A stretch of DNA of 6,774 nucleotides. Origin: Tubiluchus corallicola. Lineage: Eukaryota > Animalia > Priapulida. Position numbers and translations under genes: made by a program. This document shows positions 1 through 6,082 of the stretch, piece after piece (position 1 is the first letter of the stretch; every line of letters starts with the position of its first letter). Below the pieces are notes generated by a model. It was not told the origin of the DNA. It was given only the letters and a program-made list of their open reading frames with translations, and made no database searches. Location: contig JAQGDQ010000384.1 in NCBI GenBank assembly GCA_030141605.1, positions 1 to 6,774 on the forward strand, in the 5' to 3' direction.

Positions 1-1476
1 TGCTGGAAGCCCTTCCTTGTTATATAAATTGGCTTTGTCATTATTTCTCCACCCATAACGAACTGCCACGGGATTTTTTATTTCTGGGCTATATACTATA
101 AGTTTATTTTCGTATATTTCTGCTTTTGCCTCTACAAAGTTTTTATCTTCTCCTGCTATATAAATTTCGTTTAGTTGCTCTCCCTTTATAGTAAGTCCAG
201 TATAAGTATGTGTAAAATTAATTTCTATTTTATGGCTTTTTATCTCCATTTTTTCATATAAAGGACCTGAGTAGGGTATATCTCTCGCATATGTATTTGC
301 CAATGCCCATAGAGACAGTCTTTGTCCGAAGGGATACTTGTTGGTAGGATGTATATCAGTCATATCGCCTAAGTCGCTAGCTACTACCATTCCTGTTTTT
401 TTTAAGGCCAAGGCTTGTAACTGTACTTCTTTAATAAGAGAGGCTGTATAACTTCCTTCAAATTCAAACTTATAAGGTGCAAGTTGTATGTAATAAAATG
501 GTAGGTCATCATTTTCCCATTCTTGCCTCCAAGAAGTTATCATTGAAGTAAAAAGGTTATAGTATTGCTCTGCCCAATATCTGTTTGATGTGCCTTGATA
601 CCATATTATACCCTTTATTGCAAAAGGTATGCACGGGCTTACCATTCCATTGTATAGTACTGATGGTTGCCTGTGAGGACGTGTTGTCATATACACACTT
701 TGTGGTGGTTGAGGCTTTTTCACACTTGTAGGAGTTTTTTCCCACTTTTTAAATTCTTTTTGATATTTCTTGTTTTCCTTAGGATAATCTTTATTCCATT
801 TTTCCCACTTGTTGTATGTTTCTGATAGGTTTTGGTCGCTTATCAATATTTCTTTTTTCGTCCACGCTTCAGCAGGAGTTCCTCCCCAGCTTGCACTGAT
901 AAGGCCTATGGGGACATTTAATTCATTGTATAATTCTCTGCCAAAATAATAAGCTATAGCCGAAAAGTCTTCTACATTTTCAGGATTACATATTTTCCAT
1001 TTGGTATTTTCTTCAAAGCTTTTTAAAGGTTCATTGCTTACTTTTCTTTGCACTTTGAACAGTCTTATATGGTCGTAGTCGGCTTCTGCTATTTCTCGCT
1101 CTGCATTATCTACTTTTTTTAACTTCCAATCCATATTAGATTGTCCTGATGCAAACCATACTTCACCTATCAGTATATTTGTTAATTCTATTGTATTCTC
1201 TCCTTGTATTTTTATTTTGAAAGACTTATCTGTTTGGGCTTGTGGGGTTTTAATTTCTATTTCCCAATATCCCTCATTGTTAGGGGCAGCTGTATATGTT
1301 CTACTGTCCCAAGTATTTGTAACCGTTACAGATGATTGTTTATCTTCCCAGCCCCAAAGTTTAACTGTCTGATTCTGCTGTAATACCATATTACTATCTA
1401 TGATAACCGGCAAATGAAGTTTCGCTATACTATTGGCACATAAGATGAAGGATAATAAAATAAATATTAATTTCAT
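1..1476 (-). CDS. Secreted SGNH-hydrolase carbohydrate O-acetylesterase, sialate O-acetylesterase (SASA) family; 3'-partial (492 codons in window, no stop)
   Basis: Translated by hand from ATG at 1476: MKLIFILLSFILCANSIAKLHLPVIIDSNMVLQQNQTVKLWGW...IGEVWFASGQSNM (GQSNM 1146-1132, Ser113)...FSAIAYYFGRELYNELNVPIGLISASWGGTPAEAW...PSVLYNGM...KGIIWYQGTSN (603-583)...LPFYYIQLA...DIHPTNK (DxH, His376, 357-346)...PVAVRYGW...NLYNKEGLPA. These blocks are characteristic of the family, and the last one normally lies close to the C-terminus. N-terminus looks like a signal peptidase I substrate. Absent from the ORF track because the stop is outside the window. Confidence 0.95.
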   Translation of the reverse strand, partial: MKLIFILLSFILCANSIAKLHLPVIIDSNMVLQQNQTVKLWGWEDKQSSVTVTNTWDSRTYTAAPNNEGYWEIEIKTPQAQTDKSFKIKIQGENTIELTNILIGEVWFASGQSNMDWKLKKVDNAEREIAEADYDHIRLFKVQRKVSNEPLKSFEENTKWKICNPENVEDFSAIAYYFGRELYNELNVPIGLISASWGGTPAEAWTKKEILISDQNLSETYNKWEKWNKDYPKENKKYQKEFKKWEKTPTSVKKPQPPQSVYMTTRPHRQPSVLYNGMVSPCIPFAIKGIIWYQGTSNRYWAEQYYNLFTSMITSWRQEWENDDLPFYYIQLAPYKFEFEGSYTASLIKEVQLQALALKKTGMVVASDLGDMTDIHPTNKYPFGQRLSLWALANTYARDIPYSGPLYEKMEIKSHKIEINFTHTYTGLTIKGEQLNEIYIAGEDKNFVEAKAEIYENKLIVYSPEIKNPVAVRYGWRNNDKANLYNKEGLPA

Positions 1477-1493
1477 ATTTTCTCTTACTAGGT

Positions 1494-2879
1494 TTAATAC
1501 CCCTCATTTTGCTGTAAATTGCCTTCGCTTACATCTATTTCTCGCTGTGGAATGGCGTATATAGCACGATAGGATGGTATGGTTTTACCATGATGAGCAC
1601 CCATAAAATCTACTAATTCTTGTGCTGATTTAGTACGTGCAAGATCAGCCCATCTATGATTTTCAAAAGCAAATTCTAATCTCCTTTCGTCCATTATGGC
1701 ACCCAATAGTTCTTGTGAATTAGCAAAGTCGCCCTCCAGATAACCGGATATACCCGCCCTCTCTCTTATTTCATTTAGATGATTCAAAGCAGTAGCATTT
1801 ACTACAGAATTGTCAATTCTTGCAAGCACCTCGGCATACATCAACTTAATATCTGCAAGACGCAATACTATCCAATCATTACCTTCCGTTTCTGTTACAT
1901 CATCCGCAGAACCTGTTAAATATTTTATATTAAAATACTCTGTAGTAGAAACATCTATATTTACATCCAAACGCTGGTCATTAACATCTTCAAGATAGAG
2001 ATCTACAAGTTCCTCTGTAGCAGTATTAAGCCCCCCAGAAAGCCCTCCCTTTGTGGTAAAATAGAAAGAGTACTTTTGAGAGTTTATGTTATCATTAGCC
2101 CTAAACCGTATAGCAAAAAGTATTTCACTGTTTATTTCGTTTTCCTCTGAAAAAACATCTGCATAACTGGATAACAGACTATAATTATTATCCGCTAATA
2201 CTCCTTCTAACAAAGTTCTGGCTTCTGTATAGTTCTTTCTGGTAAGATACACTTTGGCAAGTAGCCCCTTAGCAGCCGAAGCAGTGGCTCTGCCCTTTTT
2301 AGAGTCGCTATATGAAGTTGGCAATTTCTCTCCTGCATTAGCGAAATCTTCTATTATAGTATCGTATATTTCATCAATACTACTATTGCCTGGCTTTTCG
2401 TCTACATTTGCAATAGGGTTTAGTACTAAGGGTACTGCTCCAAATAATCTGACTAAGTTGAAATAATTTAAAGCTCTAATAAATTTGGCTTCACCTTCAT
2501 ACTGTTTTTTAAGATCTGCATCATTTACTACATCTATGTGTTTGATAATGCTATTACAACGTCCGATAGTTGCATAAGAAGTAAGCCAATACTCTGCTGC
2601 ATCAGGATTACTTGCATCATCGCCAAATAAATCTACATTCCCATAATTTCCTTCTTGAAAAGGACTTGTCGCATTATCGCTTCGCATCTCAGTTAAAACG
2701 AACTCTACTTGTATGCTTGCTTGTAGCCCATTATAAGCCCCTATTACTGCTAACTCTATGTCATCCTCATCTTTAAAAAACTCATTTTCAGATATTGACG
2801 AATGAGGATATTTATCTAATTCTTTCTGACAAGAACTTATAAAGAATAACACTCCAAATATATATAAGTATGTTCTCAT
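1494..2879 (-). CDS. susD: RagB/SusD-family outer-membrane glycan-binding lipoprotein (461 aa)
   Basis: Lipoprotein signal ending FFISSC (Cys17). SusD motifs GEAKFIRALNYFNLVRLFGAVPL, GRATASAAKGLLAKVYL, LRLADIKLMYAE, LNEIRERAG, ERRLEFAFENHRWADLAR, AIPQREID, QNEGY. Begins 4 bp after the susC stop. The symbol denotes the family, not starch specificity. Confidence 0.97.
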   Translation of the reverse strand: MRTYLYIFGVLFFISSCQKELDKYPHSSISENEFFKDEDDIELAVIGAYNGLQASIQVEFVLTEMRSDNATSPFQEGNYGNVDLFGDDASNPDAAEYWLTSYATIGRCNSIIKHIDVVNDADLKKQYEGEAKFIRALNYFNLVRLFGAVPLVLNPIANVDEKPGNSSIDEIYDTIIEDFANAGEKLPTSYSDSKKGRATASAAKGLLAKVYLTRKNYTEARTLLEGVLADNNYSLLSSYADVFSEENEINSEILFAIRFRANDNINSQKYSFYFTTKGGLSGGLNTATEELVDLYLEDVNDQRLDVNIDVSTTEYFNIKYLTGSADDVTETEGNDWIVLRLADIKLMYAEVLARIDNSVVNATALNHLNEIRERAGISGYLEGDFANSQELLGAIMDERRLEFAFENHRWADLARTKSAQELVDFMGAHHGKTIPSYRAIYAIPQREIDVSEGNLQQNEGY

Positions 2880-2883
2880 TATT

Positions 2884-5800
2884 TTAAAATTTTAAGTTTA
2901 AACCAAATACTATTGTAGTCGCTACAGGATTTGCTCCTCTTTGATAACCATAGGTATATGGGTTATCAAGTTCTCTGTTGACACCTTCGGGGTTATAACT
3001 GGTATAACTATTAGCAGTAAAATAGAGAAGGTTGTAAGCACTCATATAAACACGTGCATATTTTATATATTTTGCCCTTTCTATCAATGATAAATTATTA
3101 AGTTTATACCCTAAACTAAGAGTACGAAGAGCTATAAAAGAAGCGTCTTGTATAAACTCGTCTGTAACTGACTTTGCCCTTGTTCGCTCTATCTCTTCAG
3201 ATGTTAGATTTGTTTCTGTTACTTTTGCAGTCCATTGTACTCCATAATATTCAGGGTCTGCATTGTATATCTCTCCTCCGTGAGAACCCTCAAAAGCAAA
3301 AGAAAGGTCTATATTTCCATAGGTTAAAGTATTGGTAAGTCCCCAAGTAAAATCAGGATAAGGACTACCCAACACCGTACGGTCTTCATCTGTTATTTTA
3401 CCGTCTCCATTAAGATCTTTAACAAACACTGAGTAAGGTGATACATTAATTGGATAATAGAGTGAGTTAGTAAATCTTTCTACGGGTATTTCCGATTCTA
3501 CCTTATATCCATAATATTGCACAAGTGGTTGTCCTATTTGTGCTATGAACTGTGCAGGTCTACTTTGGTCTGTTATAGTACTTATGATTTGATCAGGACC
3601 TCCAAGGTCTAATACTTTATTGCGAACGTGAGAAATATTGAAATCACTTGTCCAAGTAAATTTTTCTCTATTTATATTTTGACTATTTAAAGCAAATTCA
3701 ACCCCTGTATTTTGCACTTTTCCTAAGTTTGCCCACGCTTCTGTAAAACCTGTTGAGGCAGGTAGTTGCTTTTGCAATAACAAATCATCCGTTATTGCCT
3801 TGTAAACATCTATAGTCATATTGACTTTGTTTTGGAGCAAGCCAATGTCTACTCCAAGATTGTATTCTATGGTTCGCTCCCATCCTAAATCAGGATTAGC
3901 TATGGTAGATTGATAAAACCCTAAGGCTATATCATTATTTCCGAACACTGCATTGTTAGTATTCATTAGCCCATAAGAAGCATAAGAGCCTACTCCTTCA
4001 TTACCTGTTGTTCCTACACTGGCTCGCAGTTTCAAATTGCTTAAGGCACTGGTTGTACTGTTCAGAAAATCTTCTTGACTTACTCGCCACGCAACAGAAG
4101 CAGCTGGAAAAAATCCCCATTTATTATTTGCTCCAAAACGTGAACTACCATCCCATCGAGAACTTAGACTCAATAGGTATTTGTTGTCAAAAGCATAGTT
4201 CAACCTAAAAAAGTAAGACAAAAGAGCTGTTTCTTCTTTATTGGTAGTAGCACTAGTAATAACACCCGCTCCCAAAGTTTGTATATGATCTGTTTCAAAG
4301 TTATTGGCTCTGATTTGAGAACTAATTGTAGTTCTGTCTTCATAGGCTTGCCCAAGTACTCCTGATAAATTATGCTTGCCAAAATCTTGGATGTAATTCA
4401 ATGTATTGGTAATCATCCAATTTTGTCTTTCATGAGTGCGAAACTCTGCTTCTCTCACTCCTGACCTATGGGCTGCTTCCTTCCTAAAATACTCATATCT
4501 TTCATTTCTTGTATAATAACCTAGTACCGTACGGAAAGAGAAGTTATCATTAAACTTAAAATTAGCAAAAGACGATATTTGATTGTTAGTGCTGTATCTA
4601 TATTTTTCTAAATCTACTATTTTTGAATAAGGGTTATTATCATTAGAAGTTCTTATACTGGTAGTTTCTCCATTGGGCAGATTGAATACGGCAAAATGCC
4701 TACTGTGTGCATAATCACCCGGCAGTAAATCACTCCAAGTATCTCTATCAATAAAAGAAAGAGTGTGCTCAGTATGCCTGATGGGCAACCAAGGGTCGGC
4801 TCTCAGTGCATTGTGCAGTTCTAAGTCCAATTCTCTTGTCTTTCTTGTAGAGGGAGCTATGTCAGCTCCTACCTCTATATTGTCAGTCAATTGAGCCGTA
4901 ACACTTGCCCTAAAATTAAACCGCTCAAACTCATTGGTAATCACTACCCCCTCTTCCTCTACAAAGCCCCCTGAAATGAGATAGGTAATATTGTCGCTTT
5001 TACCTTGTATGCTTAGAGTGTGATTTTGCATAAAGCCTGTTTGAAATACTTCATCTTCCCAGTTAGTCTCTGTTCCTAGTGCCTTGAATGCTTCCATTTG
5101 TGGAACAACCTCATCCGTTTGAGACTCTACATAAGATATCCATTCTGATGGAGAAGGAATTATATGTCGCTTTTTATATACCTGCCTAAAACCAAGATAA
5201 GAGTTATAATCTACTACAAATCCGGACTTAACGCTTCCTTTCTTTGTTGTTATTAGGATTACTCCATTAGCACCCCGCGAACCATAGATGGAAGCAGAAG
5301 CTGCATCCTTCAACACTTCTATCGATTCTATGTCGTTGGGATTGAGAAAAGACATTCCATCAGGAGAAGGTATACCATCTATTACTATCAGCGGATTGCT
5401 ACTTGCATTGATAGAGTTGCTTCCCCTTACAGTAATTACGGGCTCTTGTCCTACCTGTGCATCAGTGGCTCTTATTCTTACACCTGCTATTTTTCCTGAT
5501 ATAGCTTGAGCTGTTCCTGAGGTAGCTGTCTGTGCCAAGTCTTTATTTTCAAATTTAGCAATAGAACCTGACAGGTGCGATTTTTTTTGAACACCATAAC
5601 CTATAGCCACAACTTCATCTAATTGTTGGCTTTGGTTTTCCATTAAAATAGTGAATGTTCTAGAACTATTAAAATCAAACTTTTCAGTTTTATAGCCAAT
5701 AAAAGAAGCTACTATTGTCCCACTTTGTTCATTGGTTCGTATTTCAAAATTTCCTTCCACATCTACAAGTCCCCCTTGTGTTGTTCCCTCTACAGAAATT

Positions 5801-5952
5801 GATGCCCCAATAAGTGGTTCATTAGTTTCTTTGTCTTTTACCGTTCCCTTTAACACTGTTTGAGAATAGAGTAAAACAGCATTGACAAAATAAAACATTA
5901 AAAACAGCAGTAGCCTTTTTTTGTCAGTAATATTTTTTAATTTTGCTTTCAT
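2884..5952 (-). CDS. susC: SusC/RagA-family TonB-dependent outer-membrane transporter (1022 aa)
   Basis: Signal peptide; N-terminal CarboxypepD_reg-like domain (GTVKDKETNEPLIGASI); LDEVVAIGYGVQKK; plug signature KDAASASIYGSRGANGVILITTKKG (5310-5236); barrel motifs RWDGSSRFGANNKWGFFPAASVAW, LKLRASVGTTGN, NPDLGWE; C-terminal Phe (GLNLKF). The symbol denotes the family. Confidence 0.98.
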   Translation of the reverse strand: MKAKLKNITDKKRLLLFLMFYFVNAVLLYSQTVLKGTVKDKETNEPLIGASISVEGTTQGGLVDVEGNFEIRTNEQSGTIVASFIGYKTEKFDFNSSRTFTILMENQSQQLDEVVAIGYGVQKKSHLSGSIAKFENKDLAQTATSGTAQAISGKIAGVRIRATDAQVGQEPVITVRGSNSINASSNPLIVIDGIPSPDGMSFLNPNDIESIEVLKDAASASIYGSRGANGVILITTKKGSVKSGFVVDYNSYLGFRQVYKKRHIIPSPSEWISYVESQTDEVVPQMEAFKALGTETNWEDEVFQTGFMQNHTLSIQGKSDNITYLISGGFVEEEGVVITNEFERFNFRASVTAQLTDNIEVGADIAPSTRKTRELDLELHNALRADPWLPIRHTEHTLSFIDRDTWSDLLPGDYAHSRHFAVFNLPNGETTSIRTSNDNNPYSKIVDLEKYRYSTNNQISSFANFKFNDNFSFRTVLGYYTRNERYEYFRKEAAHRSGVREAEFRTHERQNWMITNTLNYIQDFGKHNLSGVLGQAYEDRTTISSQIRANNFETDHIQTLGAGVITSATTNKEETALLSYFFRLNYAFDNKYLLSLSSRWDGSSRFGANNKWGFFPAASVAWRVSQEDFLNSTTSALSNLKLRASVGTTGNEGVGSYASYGLMNTNNAVFGNNDIALGFYQSTIANPDLGWERTIEYNLGVDIGLLQNKVNMTIDVYKAITDDLLLQKQLPASTGFTEAWANLGKVQNTGVEFALNSQNINREKFTWTSDFNISHVRNKVLDLGGPDQIISTITDQSRPAQFIAQIGQPLVQYYGYKVESEIPVERFTNSLYYPINVSPYSVFVKDLNGDGKITDEDRTVLGSPYPDFTWGLTNTLTYGNIDLSFAFEGSHGGEIYNADPEYYGVQWTAKVTETNLTSEEIERTRAKSVTDEFIQDASFIALRTLSLGYKLNNLSLIERAKYIKYARVYMSAYNLLYFTANSYTSYNPEGVNRELDNPYTYGYQRGANPVATTIVFGLNLKF

Positions 5953-5989
5953 TTATAAAAATATTTTTTTGGATTAACTTTTATTTAAA

Positions 5990-6001
5990 CTGGTTGACCA
6001 G
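5990..6001. promoter_or_regulatory. Putative GntR/FadR-subfamily operator, inverted repeat CTGGT-TG-ACCAG
   Basis: Perfect 5-bp arms with a 2-bp spacer in otherwise very AT-rich intergenic DNA. Fits the FadR-subfamily TGGT-Nx-ACCA pattern, sits next to a FadR-family gene, and lies just downstream of the predicted susC transcription start. Confidence 0.75.
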
Positions 6002-6012
6002 ATAGTGGTTTG

Positions 6013-6045
6013 CAAATATATATATTAAAGATTATTATTTCCAAA
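6013..6045 (-). promoter_or_regulatory. Bacteroidota primary-sigma promoter for the susC-susD-esterase operon
   Basis: On the minus strand, -33 TTTG (6045-6042), a 21-bp spacer and -7 TATATTTG (6020-6013) match the TTTG-N19-21-TAnnTTTG consensus. The start site is inferred near 6006-6008, giving a leader of about 55 nt. Confidence 0.75.
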
Positions 6046-6082
6046 TTTTTTCCCATTTTTTTAAAAAAAATATTGAAAAATT

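Noticed and set aside
557-745. 62-aa minus-strand ORF from the track
   Set aside because: Alternate-frame ORF nested inside the esterase CDS, whose own frame is open and motif-rich here.
1477-1493. Possible terminator or attenuator between susD and the esterase
   Set aside because: Only 17 bp with no hairpin; it reads as an A-rich Bacteroidota translation-initiation region without a clear Shine-Dalgarno sequence.
1810-1998. 62-aa plus-strand ORF
   Set aside because: Antisense shadow of susD, non-ATG start, no recognisable motif.
2254-2466. 70-aa plus-strand ORF
   Set aside because: Antisense shadow of the conserved susD core; its hydrophobic look comes from complementary codons.
3374-3383. 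Palindrome ACCGTACGGT, with ACCGTACGG recurring at 4526-4534
   Set aside because: Both lie in susC coding sequence for RTVLG; short, only two copies, no regulatory context.
3379-3420. EF-hand-like KDLNGDGKITDEDR loop in SusC
   Set aside because: Real, but a routine feature of most SusC proteins.
4008-4382. Short ORFs 4008-4208 (+) and 4200-4382 (-)
   Set aside because: Nested in the susC barrel-coding region, antisense or off-frame, with no supporting signals.
5288-5509. 73-aa plus-strand ORF
   Set aside because: Antisense to the conserved susC plug domain.
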